A DNA stretch of 64,000 nucleotides, taken from a virus (taxonomy: Duplodnaviria; Caudoviricetes). Where the stretch lies: the IMG/VR virus record IMGVR_UViG_3300014039_000027, positions 1 through 64,000 of that record, one strand, 5' to 3'. Shown one piece after another: positions 37,236-47,236 of this stretch; the stretch's first letter is position 1; each line of letters starts with the position of its first letter. The notes below the pieces were generated by a model. The model did no database searches. It saw only the letters and a list, made by a program, of their open reading frames with translations, and was not told the origin of the DNA. Made by a program: the position numbers and the translations under genes.

Positions 37236-37445
37236 TTATTCACGGCCCAGAAGATAGTCCACCGTCACCTCGAAGTAGTCCGCCAGCACCTCCAGTGATG
37301 AGGCTTTCGGCTCCATCTCCCCCTCCTCGTACCGGCGTATCATGTGCTGGCTCAGTCCACACAGCTCCGCCAGCACCCGCCGCTTGATCTGCTTCCTCTC
37401 CCGCAGCGCCCGCAGCCTTTTGGGGAATAGCTCGTTGCCCGCCAT
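37236..37445 (-). CDS. XRE-family helix-turn-helix regulator
   Basis: LAELCGLSQHMIRRYEEGEMEP...LADYFEVTVDYLLG. Confidence 0.85.
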   Translation of the reverse strand: MAGNELFPKRLRALRERKQIKRRVLAELCGLSQHMIRRYEEGEMEPKASSLEVLADYFEVTVDYLLGRE

Positions 37446-37446
37446 C

Positions 37447-37928
37447 TCACTGTCCCTCCGTGTCCGGCTGCTTCACCGCCTCCAGCAGCATCTGCGCCTC
37501 CGTGTCCGATATGGGCACGCCCATGCGCTTCCGCCGCTGTATGCTCTTTATCCTGTCCGCCAGAGCCCTTTCCCTCGTCTTGAAGAACGGGCACTTCCCC
37601 TTTGCGCTGCACACCAGCTCCCGCAGCCCCGCGCACTCGTTCTTGATGGGTATGTACAGGTCGCACCCGCCCTTGGGGCGGTACGGTCCCTGCGGCGGCG
37701 GTGCCTTTCTTCCCTTGTTCATGTCTCCCGCCACCCCTCTTTCCACAGGTACGCGCTGCCCACGATCAAAAACGCCATGTCCGCTACCACCACGATGATG
37801 CACAGCACGCCCATCAGCGTTTTATATACGCCCGCCACTATCAGCAGTACCTCCGCCGCCTGCATCAGCAGCGCCAGCAGTATGTACACCACCGCCCACC
37901 GGCGGTATTTTGCCCTTGTGTCCCTCAT
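37447..37928 (-). CDS. Two hypothetical proteins (37447-37722 Cys-containing; 37719-37928 two-TM membrane protein)
   Basis: ORF track and operon packing. Confidence 0.5.
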
Positions 37929-37932
37929 GCGC

Positions 37933-38541
37933 TCATCGCTCCTTCCAGCCCTCCGGCTCCGCCTGTCCCTCTCCGGGCTTCAGTATCGTCATGCCGTCCT
38001 CTGTCTCTCCGTCGATGACGAATACGCCGGGCTCCGCCTTGTCCTCCGGGGCGATCACGCCCACGTCCACCTTGGGCGTCAGCAGCTGCACGTCCAGGCC
38101 GCGGCCCGTCACCAGCACCTGCGCCATGCCCTTCTGCGCGTACCCGATGACCGGCGACAAGCGCACCGTCCTCTCCTCCTCATAGGCTTGCAGTCTTACG
38201 TAGTTGGCCACCGCACTGGTGTACGCGCCCACGTTCATGGTGCTTTCCGCGGCCACGTCCAGCACCTTCCGGTAGTTCTTCGAGTCTCCCTCTTTGTACA
38301 GCGTGTCTATCGTGTAGCGTATGCACCTCTCCACGCCGTGCCAGTCGCTCATGCCGAACTTTTCTGCCACCTTGTCGTACACGCCGCCCTTCTTCGTCCA
38401 CTGTATCGGCCTGTCCACGCCGCCCTCCAGCACCAACCGCACCGCCTCCACCGTGTAGTCGAAGCCTGCCAGGTCCTCCCTTACGCCCATCGTCCGCAGC
38501 GCCTTTATGGCGTATGCCTCATATTTGCTGATATTCTCCAT
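37933..38541 (-). CDS. Spo0A C-terminal DNA-binding domain protein without receiver domain
   Basis: LRTMGVREDLAGFDYTVEAV...VYDKVAEKF...GVERCIRY aligns by eye to the Spo0A_C fold. Confidence 0.75.
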   Translation of the reverse strand: MENISKYEAYAIKALRTMGVREDLAGFDYTVEAVRLVLEGGVDRPIQWTKKGGVYDKVAEKFGMSDWHGVERCIRYTIDTLYKEGDSKNYRKVLDVAAESTMNVGAYTSAVANYVRLQAYEEERTVRLSPVIGYAQKGMAQVLVTGRGLDVQLLTPKVDVGVIAPEDKAEPGVFVIDGETEDGMTILKPGEGQAEPEGWKER

Positions 38542-38544
38542 GCG

Positions 38545-39487
38545 TTATCTCTCCTTTTCCGGTTCTTCTTCGTAGTATTCCGCCAGTACCAGTTCCTCGT
38601 CCCGTACCTGGCAGTGTATGATGCCGCACTTCCTGCACTTCCGTTTTCGCAGGTCGAGCCATGCGTCCTCCGTCACCTCGTCGCCCCACTCATGGCTGCA
38701 GCCGTACACTTTTTTCAGGAACGCCTCATACTCGCTTCCCGGCGCGTCCTCGCCGCCTACAAAGCGGTCATATTCCGCCAGTTTCTCCAGTTCCACGCTC
38801 TCCCGTGACGGCAGAAAGCTTTTCAGCAGCTCCAGCGGCGCGTACAGTTTCGCCACCGGTGCATGGTTATTTTTGTTCTCCACGCCGCCTGTTCAGCTCC
38901 TTTCCGCCCATGATCTGCACGTCCCTTGTCCACGCGCACAGGTGCTTGTATCTGCACTCCTCCGGGCATCTCGTCGTCCCCGCGCAGCCCAGATACTGGT
39001 GCAGCTTCACCCGCATGGCCGTCACCACGCCGTTCCACCTCTCCAGCTCCGTGTCTCCCCACTTCGCGGGGTCAAACGCGAGCATAGCTTCCGCCTCCCG
39101 CCATGTGCCACACCGGCGGCTTGTACGACGTGCCGCACTTGCTGCACTTTATCCAGCTCTCACCCGGTGCCTGGGCGTCCGGGTAGCGCACCGGGCTTTG
39201 GCTCTCCGGCGTGCCGCACATCGGGCAGCATAGTTCATATCCCTTTGCATATTTCAACGTGATCTCAGCCATCGCTCCGTACCTCCTCAATAATCCGTGA
39301 CCACGACCGGCAGCCGCCTGAATGGGTCAAACACCACCTTGTCAACCTCGAACGGCTTTACATCGTCGTACAGCTGGCCGAACCTCTTAATAGCCTGTTT
39401 CTTTGTCCAGCAGAAGCAGTACGCCACATCGTCTGTAAATTCGTGGTCCTCCATTTGTGAAGCGCGGGTGAATATCCAGCAGAACAC
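38545..39487 (-). CDS. Four small hypothetical early genes (38545-38883, 38867-39085, 39072-39272 Zn-ribbon, 39287-39487)
   Basis: Overlapping ORFs with RBS; CxxC pairs. Confidence 0.5.
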
Positions 39488-40059
39488 TACTTCGCACCTC
39501 CGTCCATCTTTTTGGTATTCCGTTTATTTCGTTGTTGAATGTCCATGCCAACCCAGCGGCAATTTTCAGGACAGTAGTTGCCATTTACATCAATTCTATC
39601 TATTGTGCATTTCCCAAACTTCGCCGCATATGAATATCCATTTGTAACCGCCCATTCTTTGAATACCGCAAAATCGTCCCACTCCTTGCAGATGGTGATG
39701 CCGCGACCTCCGTAATTTTTATAGTCTTTACAAGATTTCGTAAAGCAGCGCTTTCGCATAGATGTCCAAATCTTGTAAAGGCGGTCTATGTTGCTATGAT
39801 TGCCACTTGCCCCATGCTTAAACTTGGCTCGGCTTGTTCGTTCTTTTTGGAGACATCCACATGATTGCGTCTTTTTAGAAACGAGTTGGTTGCTCGATGC
39901 AATAGTTTCACATCCACAGTCACACAAACACTTCCAAAGAATATGCCTGTCTTTTGTTCGCCCCGCTTCGCACAAAACAATAAGTTTCCCAAATCTTTCC
40001 CCTTGCAAATCATTGTGCTTATACATCGGCCTAATCCCTAATATCCATCTTTGCCCCAC
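39487..40059 (-). mobile_element. Free-standing HNH homing endonuclease 3
   Basis: WKCLCDCG, SCGC, RLYKIWTSMRKRC, YGGRGI, TIDRIDVNGNYCPENCRW; low GC. Confidence 0.85.
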
Positions 40060-41772
40060 AGTGTGGGCAGTAGTCCGTCTTGGCCGCGAACCCTATCTCA
40101 CAGGCGGAGCAATACTGAATATCTCCCGCGACCTCACTATGGAACGGCACCCATCGTCCATGCACTTTCTGCGTTTCCTCTTTCAGCTCGTCATACAGCT
40201 CACCGAACTTCTTGTTCCAATGCTTCAACCAGACAAGAACCTGAATGCCTATCACAATCCATAGCGCTGAAGCCAGATTCTGTAACAGATTGTCCATCAT
40301 CTCACTACCTTTCTCCAGAACTCACGACGGCACTTATAGCAGTTTGTTCCACGACATTCGGCTATAAGCTTGGTAAGTTCTTCACCCTTACACAGTTGTC
40401 TGGGGCAGATGATTACACTGCCCTCTCTATCAAGTTGTGTATCAGGCCACTGTTCCAGAAAAACACTCTGACGTGTCTTGCGGGGATGTGCGGCAGACCA
40501 CTCCTCTACAGCTGCAACCATCCGTCCTGCGTCTGCGTCGGTTGTGTTCATATAGCCGCCGCGCGGTGTTCCCTTCAACGGGCAATTCGTACAGTATCCC
40601 TGACTTTTACACAGTCTTTTGCGTTCTTCGATGAACCTCACAGCATCCATTTACTTCTCCTCCTGCCGTTTTGCATCAATACTGGCGCAAAGCATTTCCC
40701 AGCATTTATCATGAACATCCAGCCGTACCCACCATCTCTCGTGGAAACTGTATTCTCGCTTTTTGAGTTTGTATTCGCTCCATTCAGAAGGGAATTCAAT
40801 TTCTCTCCCGCAAATGTCGCAAAACTTTTTGTTCATTTACTTCGCCCTCCATCTGCACCCGTCACAGGCGCCCTCGTGTGCTTGTTTGTACTTCCCGCAG
40901 TATTGGCATAGCTCGTTGATAAGGGCCTTGCGGTCTGCGCCCAGCTTCATGTTGCTGCCAAACAGCGTTTCATTGATGGCCGCGTATTGCTCGGCGGTGT
41001 TCTTTGCGCCCTGCAATTCTTCTTTCAGCTTCACGATTTCACAAATTGCATTGCCGTTTGCCGCCATCATGTCGGTCACATCGTTTGGCATCAGGCCGGT
41101 GTCCTCGTAGGCGGCCAATCGGTCAACAAACTCCGCTTGGTATTGGACGCCTTCAAAGTCCAGTCTCCAATATCCGTCCTTGAAATATGTCAGCCTGTTC
41201 ATTCCTGCTCCCCCTTGTACTTTGGCATAGCTGCCCACGCTTTCACACCGTCCCAATCTCCGTGGCTTTCCAACCCGATCAGGTTGTTGCACCCATCGCT
41301 GTCCATGCAGCAAATATCTTTATCCACGCCCCAGCTGGTGGCGATCAAAATCTCCTGTCCATCCTCCGGCATTTCGCAGTCCAGAATGTACGCCGGAAGC
41401 TCATAGCCCGCATACCCTCGTTCAGCAAAGTCAGCCTTTTCCTCCTCAGTAACCGGCCTTTCTGTGATCTCATGCCAAATGATTTTCTCCTCAAACATCC
41501 TGTTCCTCCTTCACCGCCACAGCCTTTGTCAGCTGTGCCATGCCTTGCTTCATGTCCTCTATCTGCCTGTCCCGCCGTGCAATAGCGTCTTTCAAGCTGT
41601 CGTTGGCTTTCATCAGCGCCTCTATGTGCCGCTGCTGGTTCTTGATCAGGTCAGCGGCGGGTCCTGCCATTTTTTCAATGCAGTCTGGGTCGTCAAGCCC
41701 AATCGGGCAATCGTAGCATTTGGCGATTTCAGCACAGCACCGCAGCGCCGCCACGATCTCGTCTTTGGTCAT
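40031..41772 (-). CDS. Six small hypothetical early genes (40031-40300, 40297-40650, 40651-40836, 40837-41202, 41199-41498, 41491-41772)
   Basis: Tightly overlapping ORFs; Cys motifs; RLAAYEDTGL motif. Confidence 0.5.
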
Positions 41773-42215
41773 GTTGTCCCTCCTCTCCATATCACTACCA
41801 TGCTTGGGAACGGCGCTGTCCCCATTGGCTTACCGTCCAGTTCAAATTTCAGCCTACCGCGCAGAAAGCGTATTTCCGCCTTGCCCAATATGTAGTCGTG
41901 AAAGCTGGCGCGGTCTGTCCGGGCCGGTATCAACAGCGCCACCGTTGTCCCCGGCTTCTGTCCCTCCCGGCAGCACTTCTCCGTCCAAATCCCGGTTTCC
42001 TTGCTCCCATAGGGTGGATTGCAAAACACTGTTTCACCCCCCCAATTTTGCCGTAAACCGTCCTCTTTCTGCGTGAAATACCGCTTGCACTTGTGGTTTT
42101 CGTCACTGGCCGCGGCATCCAGCGTAAAATGAAACTCCGCGTCCAGCTCGTCAAACAGTTTTTGCGGTGTCTCCCAGTAGTTCTTGTCACTGGAAAACAT
42201 GACTTCTGTGTTCAT
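41769..42215 (-). CDS. Phage N6-adenine DNA methyltransferase
   Basis: WETPQ, FTLDAAAS, catalytic NPPY, LIPARTD, FLRGRLKF. Confidence 0.85.
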   Translation of the reverse strand: MNTEVMFSSDKNYWETPQKLFDELDAEFHFTLDAAASDENHKCKRYFTQKEDGLRQNWGGETVFCNPPYGSKETGIWTEKCCREGQKPGTTVALLIPARTDRASFHDYILGKAEIRFLRGRLKFELDGKPMGTAPFPSMVVIWRGGTT

Positions 42216-42219
42216 GCGT

Positions 42220-43908
42220 TCATTCCTCCCCAAACCATTTCTTCGTCACCACGATGGGAAACTGCTCGATCTCGCTTGCCCACCGCGCCATGCCTCTGCC
42301 GTGTATTCTCTCGAAAGCTAAGGGGAAACCCCCTATGCCATCAAACAAGCTCCCCAGCGTCGCGCCCTCCGGCAGATACCGCGCCATACGCCGCAGCATC
42401 CACTCCCAGAAAGGCAGGGCGATGGAGTTCCCCAGCGCCTTGTACTTGGGGCTGTCCGCGTCCTTGTGCTTCTTGCCCTTCTCGTCCACCCAGTCGCCGA
42501 TGTCCACCCAACCGTAAGTGCTCACAATTTGCTGAACCCTGCTTTTGCAAATTCCGTATTTTTCGGAAAGCTCTTTCGTCGTCATTTCACCGCTTCTGTA
42601 CAGTTCAACAACTTCCTTTCTCTTTGAAACTGGCAATTTTGTGGATGGGTTGTCATCGCCAACCAAGTATCGCCCATCACGGTGCGCTTTGTGTGAGTTT
42701 TCCTCCGGCGTTAATAGCTGTAAATTGCTAATCCGATTGTCCGCTTTGTCGTTGTTTATATGGTCAATAACATAGCCTTCGGGGATAATTCCATTCTTTG
42801 CAATCCACACCACGCGGTGTACCCGGCATTGCAATTTTGTGTCACCATTCCTAATGCTTACAACTCTGTACCCGTTGACGTTAGTCCCCGCAAGAAGCCT
42901 CGGTTCAGAAAGCCTTTTACCTCCCGGTCCTTTCGTTGTATATATCTTCCCATTCTCGCAATCAACCACAATTTGCCCGGAGGCAATATTGGCTGCAATA
43001 TATTCGTCTTTCGTCATTTCTTCTATGTTCATCTCCATAAACTCCGGATACCCCTGCAGCCGGGTACATTCCAGCGGCGTCAACCGGCGCACCACCATGT
43101 TCTGCACCGGGTATGTCTCCGCATCCTCCCGGTACGCGCAGTTGGCTTTTGCCCGCAATGTTTTCGACACATCCGGATTCTCTGCGCCGAAAACAAGCAT
43201 ATCATTATAGGCATCCTGACCGTTGTAGCTTCCCGCATGAGCGCCGGGAGATAGCGTTCCCGCAACGTCCTGATATGTAAGCGGTATCTGATTGCCGCCC
43301 GTGCCCATTCGTGCCTGTAATGCCGGTGCCTGCTCTCCGCAGTCGCGTATCACATCGCAGGCGTGGGACATATCCAGCACCGCGCAGGGTACATGGGCGT
43401 TCGCATTCAGCGTATGGCACGGCTTGCCAAACTCCGGCTGGCTTCCGTTTTCCTTGCTGGTAATCTGCGTAGTGTCAAAGGCCATCACCGCTGGGGTTTG
43501 GTTCGTCCCGCTGGGTGTAGCCGCCAGTGTGGGCGAAACTTCTTCGCTGTACCCGATACCCCCCGCCTGTGCGCCCTGTCCCGCTTTGAACCCAGCACAT
43601 AGCACGGCTTCACGGTTCAGCCCGCTGTTTTCGCGGGAGCTCAGCGTGGGCGAGATGCCGTCCCCATCGTACACACGCTGGCTCTGCGCGTCCCAAGGCG
43701 TCATGCACATCACCCCGTGTCGGTCGCCTGCGGTCAGCGTTGGGGAGGGATCGCCCTCTTTACCCACGCCCAGCCCATTGCCGCTTCCATCGTGATTGCG
43801 GTTCTCTCCGCCACCCTGCCACCGCGTGGCTTTGTCGTTGATGGGAATTGCCGTAAATATCGTCTGATCGTTTCCCGTGCCCAGCGTCCCGCTTCTCTCC
43901 GTCTGCAC
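42220..43908 (-). CDS. C5 cytosine methyltransferase, C-terminal half (TRD, IX, HNH insert, X, I, II)
   Basis: RRLTPLECTRLQGYP (IX), YKALGNS (X), SLFDGIGGF (I) at the C-terminus. Confidence 0.85.
   Translation of the reverse strand: MQTERSGTLGTGNDQTIFTAIPINDKATRWQGGGENRNHDGSGNGLGVGKEGDPSPTLTAGDRHGVMCMTPWDAQSQRVYDGDGISPTLSSRENSGLNREAVLCAGFKAGQGAQAGGIGYSEEVSPTLAATPSGTNQTPAVMAFDTTQITSKENGSQPEFGKPCHTLNANAHVPCAVLDMSHACDVIRDCGEQAPALQARMGTGGNQIPLTYQDVAGTLSPGAHAGSYNGQDAYNDMLVFGAENPDVSKTLRAKANCAYREDAETYPVQNMVVRRLTPLECTRLQGYPEFMEMNIEEMTKDEYIAANIASGQIVVDCENGKIYTTKGPGGKRLSEPRLLAGTNVNGYRVVSIRNGDTKLQCRVHRVVWIAKNGIIPEGYVIDHINNDKADNRISNLQLLTPEENSHKAHRDGRYLVGDDNPSTKLPVSKRKEVVELYRSGEMTTKELSEKYGICKSRVQQIVSTYGWVDIGDWVDEKGKKHKDADSPKYKALGNSIALPFWEWMLRRMARYLPEGATLGSLFDGIGGFPLAFERIHGRGMARWASEIEQFPIVVTKKWFGEE
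42515..43042 (-). mobile_element. 528-nt in-frame HNH plus HTH insertion inside the methyltransferase
   Basis: RVHRVVW...DHINNDKADNRISNL; low GC; precise removal restores CCG GAC GGT TGG (PDGW). Confidence 0.85.
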
Positions 43909-44552
43909 TAACGCGCCTTTTCCTCCGCCGTCACAGCCCCCCCCCTGATGCGGACTGCATAAGAAGTACTTGTTTCAGCAGCTTCGGCAGATCCTTCCCC
44001 CGCCGTTCCGCCCTCCGCAATATCCCCTGACACGCTTTTGCGGTCAAATTGTATTTCGGATGCGGTGTCTCCTCCAAAATCTGCGACAACCGAGATACGA
44101 CGGCGGCGTTGGGGCACTCCCCAGTATTGCGCGTCGTGAGTTCGCCACACCACGCTCCATCGTCCTCCCACTTCATCGTGGTAGCCCCCCCAGGTAGGCC
44201 AGCCCTTTTCAGGCACTTCAATACCGGGGGCTTCCGGCTCGACGATTTTGATGATTTCTTCGAGCACGGCTGCGAAGTCTTTTCCTTTGTTGCTGCTAAA
44301 GGCTCCGACCACGTTTTCCCACACGAGATACCGAGGTCTGACCATGTCACCTGTCCGTCCATTCCTTTTGTCCGCCTCCCTCATTTCTTTTACAATGCGT
44401 ACCTGCTCCATAAACAGGCCGCTTCGCGCACCGGCAAGCCCTGCGCGTTTTCCCGCGATACTAAGGTCCTGGCATGGGCTTCCGCCGGTGATGCACCACA
44501 CCGGCTCGATCTCCGCGCCGTTGATCTTCGTTATATCTCCAAGATGTACCAT
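43908..44552 (-). CDS. C5 cytosine methyltransferase, N-terminal half (motifs III-VIII)
   Basis: GDITKI, GGSPCQD, WENV, DAQYWGVPQRRRR. Confidence 0.88.
   Translation of the reverse strand: MVHLGDITKINGAEIEPVWCITGGSPCQDLSIAGKRAGLAGARSGLFMEQVRIVKEMREADKRNGRTGDMVRPRYLVWENVVGAFSSNKGKDFAAVLEEIIKIVEPEAPGIEVPEKGWPTWGGYHDEVGGRWSVVWRTHDAQYWGVPQRRRRISVVADFGGDTASEIQFDRKSVSGDIAEGGTAGEGSAEAAETSTSYAVRIRGGAVTAEEKAR
43931..44362 (-). CDS. Overlapping alternative-frame polypeptide, M.EcoHK31I-beta-like
   Basis: LSQILEE...KYNLTAKACQGILRRAERRGKDLP; nested in the N-terminal half; ends just past the G tract. Confidence 0.6.
   Translation of the reverse strand: MDGQVTWSDLGISCGKTWSEPLAATKEKTSQPCSKKSSKSSSRKPPVLKCLKRAGLPGGATTMKWEDDGAWCGELTTRNTGECPNAAVVSRLSQILEETPHPKYNLTAKACQGILRRAERRGKDLPKLLKQVLLMQSASGGGL
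43937..43945 (-). repeat. G9 homopolymer at the three-frame junction
   Basis: C9 on plus strand; G8 fuses the nested frame, G7 or G10 fuse the catalytic frame to the C-terminal half. Confidence 0.9.
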
Positions 44553-44555
44553 GTT

Positions 44556-45347
44556 CTAATCTCCAAACACCACGCCGCACTCGTCCTTCAGCACGTCCTT
44601 GATGTGCCTCCGCTTGATGCGGCCTTCGTTTATCTCCTCTGCCAGCTTCTCCAGGCACTCATACAGGTACGCGATGCTCTGCGTGTCTCGGCTGTCCGCT
44701 GTCTCCTCAAAGACGTGCCAGCCGCACTTGTCTATCAGCACCATCGCCACCATGTCCATGTTCTCCCGTGTGCCTTGCAGCTTGCCTTTCATAAATAACC
44801 GTTCGTCCCGGCTCAAATGCTGCTTGCCCATCGTCAATCGTCCTCCGAAATACGCACGATCTCATAGCACCCGAACCGTCCGCCGTTTCGGTATGCCTTA
44901 CATATCGCGCTTCGTGTGCTGGCGTAGGATCTCCCGGACCGATGTGCCAGTTCCGCCGTGGTGGTGCCCCACCATCGCGGCAGCCGATATTTATCCCGCG
45001 ACACGATCATATACACCGTCGTCATGGCCTTACACCTCCCCGCACCGGCGCAGACGCAGGCTGTCCGCCAGCTCCTGTGCCGACCGCTTTCCCCTGTGCC
45101 GTCTGTCCTTTTTGCTCTCCCAGCAGTTGCGGCACTCCGGGTACGGGCAGTTCATGCACTTGTCTATCCTTGCCTGCGGTTCCCGCTGCTCGTCCACCAG
45201 CGCCCCGCTTAAAAATCGTCCCGTTTCTCCGCAATGTTCCTGCCTGTGGCTCTCCGCCGCGGCATCCACCGTCAGCCACGGCGCCTTGGCGTTTCCAAGG
45301 CTCCGTACAAACGCGCCGACGCTCATCGTTCCCTGCATTGCGTACAT
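44556..45347 (-). CDS. Three hypothetical genes (44556-44837, 44834-45025, 45030-45347)
   Basis: Overlapping ORFs with RBS. Confidence 0.5.
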
Positions 45348-45353
45348 GATGTT

Positions 45354-45860
45354 CTATACCTCCCTCACCTCGATGCCGTGGAAATACAGCATCATCTTCC
45401 GTTTCATCACGAATAGCCTGTATGCGGCGGCGCTGGTACCGCGGAAGCCCTTGCTGTCCTCCACCACCGTTTCCCCGCCCTGCTCATACACGAAGTCGGC
45501 CACATAGTCTATGGCTCTCTCTTTCTTGCCGTCCTTGCGCTCCTGCTTCGGTATCAGCTCGTACTTTACCTGTGTCCGCAGTCCGGATATTTCTCCGGCC
45601 CTTTGCATCAGCCACAGGTCCATGTACCGCCGCGCCTCCCGCTTGCTGTCGAAGTGCATCAGCGTGCCGTCCGGCATGGTCATGTCCACCTTTTCCGCGT
45701 GCAGCTTGTTGCCTTTCTTCGATTTTGCAGCCTTCTCCGCCTCCTGCGCTGCTTTCTGTGCCGTCTGCTGCGCCTGGACCTTCTGCAATATCTGCGCCTG
45801 TGCCCTTTGGCCGAAGCGGCCTATGTCCTCCATCGTCAGTCCCATCGGTTCAATCCTCAT
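45354..45860 (-). CDS. DUF1064-like nuclease/resolvase
   Basis: FDSKREARRY, QVKYELIP, YVADFVY, VVEDSKG (PD-(D/E)xK-like). Confidence 0.75.
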   Translation of the reverse strand: MRIEPMGLTMEDIGRFGQRAQAQILQKVQAQQTAQKAAQEAEKAAKSKKGNKLHAEKVDMTMPDGTLMHFDSKREARRYMDLWLMQRAGEISGLRTQVKYELIPKQERKDGKKERAIDYVADFVYEQGGETVVEDSKGFRGTSAAAYRLFVMKRKMMLYFHGIEVREV

Positions 45861-47229
45861 CCCCGCGGCTCATGTCCAGCCGCTTCCGTCTTGGCCGCTG
45901 GTGGAACTTGTCTGTCGGCTCATCGTCGTATGTCCGATAACTCAGTTCCGTGAAAGTCATCTTCGACCCGTCGAAGTAGAAGTTCACGTCCCCGGTGCGG
46001 CCCCGCCGGTTCTTTGCCACCGTGCAGCCCACCTGTGTCTCGTCCCCGGGGGCGGTTTTCCAGAGGAATATGACCTTCACCGCGTTCTGCTCCAGCTCGC
46101 CGCTGTCCCGTAGCGAGCTCAGCTTCGGCTTGTCCGTTTCGTTCACCGTGCGGCTCAGCTGCGCCGCCGCCACAATGGGTATCTCCAACTCCGACGCCAG
46201 CAGTTTCAGCTCCCGGCTTATGCCGCCCAGCTCCAGGTTGCGGTTCTCAGCCTTCCTATCCTTTTCGCCGATCATCAGCCCCAGGTAGTCCACCACGATC
46301 ATCTTCAGGTCGTCTATGCCCAGCGCCAGTTCCCGTATGCGGCTCACCGTCACGTCCGGCCCGTCGTAGAAGTACACCGGCAGCCGGCTCTCCCAGCTGG
46401 CGGCCTCCGCCACGCTGGCCCACAGTCCCTCGTCCTCCGGCATCCCGTCTATGAGCTGGTCCATCGTCACGCCGTCTGCCCGCTTGGCCAGCAGTCGCTC
46501 GCCCACTTCGCCAGCCAGCATCTCCGCCGTGATGTGCAGCACCGTCTTGCCCTTCATGGCGGCGGCCTCTGTCATCTCCATGCACATGGCGCTCTTGCCG
46601 CAGCCCGGCCTTGCGCCCACCAGTATCAGCTGTCCCGGCCACAGCCCCTTCAGCGTCGCGTCCAGCAGAGGGAACCCCGTGTCTATCCGCCCCTCCTTTT
46701 TGCCGCTGATGCTGTTCATGGCCTCGCTCATGGCATCCGACATGGTTTTCAGCCTTCCGCCCCGCCGCGCCTTCATCTTTTGGTGGCATATCGCCGCCAC
46801 CGCCGCCTGCGGGTCCTCGTCCTCGCTCAGCGCTTCCAGCACCGCCTTGGTGAAGCGGCGCTTCTCCGCCTTTTTACGCACGATCCCGGCGTACTCCATC
46901 ACGTTGGCGCTGGTGGGGGTGATCTCCATGCACTGCAGCAGGTAGTTGCGTGTTTCGCTGCTGTACAGGCCCTCGCGCTCCAGCTCGCTGGCCACGGTCA
47001 CGCCGTCTATGGGCTTTGCCGCCACGTGCATCCGCCGTATGGCGGTGAATATCTCCTGGTTGGTGCTGATGTAGAAGTCGTCCGCCTCCACCGCGCCCAG
47101 CACGTCCTTTACGCAGTCCGCGTCTATCAGCATCGAGCCGATCACCGCCCTCTCCGCGTCCCCGGAGTAGTCCTGCTGCCACAGCGCCGTGCCCGCGGTG
47201 GGGGCTTTCTCGATCACGCCTATCTCCAT
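45850..47229 (-). CDS. dnaB: Replicative DNA helicase, DnaB family
   Basis: GARPGCGKS Walker A, VVDYLGL, AAQLSR, LRDSGELEQ, KNRRG. Confidence 0.93.
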   Translation of the reverse strand: MEIGVIEKAPTAGTALWQQDYSGDAERAVIGSMLIDADCVKDVLGAVEADDFYISTNQEIFTAIRRMHVAAKPIDGVTVASELEREGLYSSETRNYLLQCMEITPTSANVMEYAGIVRKKAEKRRFTKAVLEALSEDEDPQAAVAAICHQKMKARRGGRLKTMSDAMSEAMNSISGKKEGRIDTGFPLLDATLKGLWPGQLILVGARPGCGKSAMCMEMTEAAAMKGKTVLHITAEMLAGEVGERLLAKRADGVTMDQLIDGMPEDEGLWASVAEAASWESRLPVYFYDGPDVTVSRIRELALGIDDLKMIVVDYLGLMIGEKDRKAENRNLELGGISRELKLLASELEIPIVAAAQLSRTVNETDKPKLSSLRDSGELEQNAVKVIFLWKTAPGDETQVGCTVAKNRRGRTGDVNFYFDGSKMTFTELSYRTYDDEPTDKFHQRPRRKRLDMSRGDED

Positions 47230-47236
47230 GTGTTCC

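Noticed and set aside
42515-43042. Intein or self-splicing intron in the methyltransferase
   Set aside because: No Cys/Ser start, no His-Asn end, no group I or II boundary nucleotides, and no room for a ribozyme core
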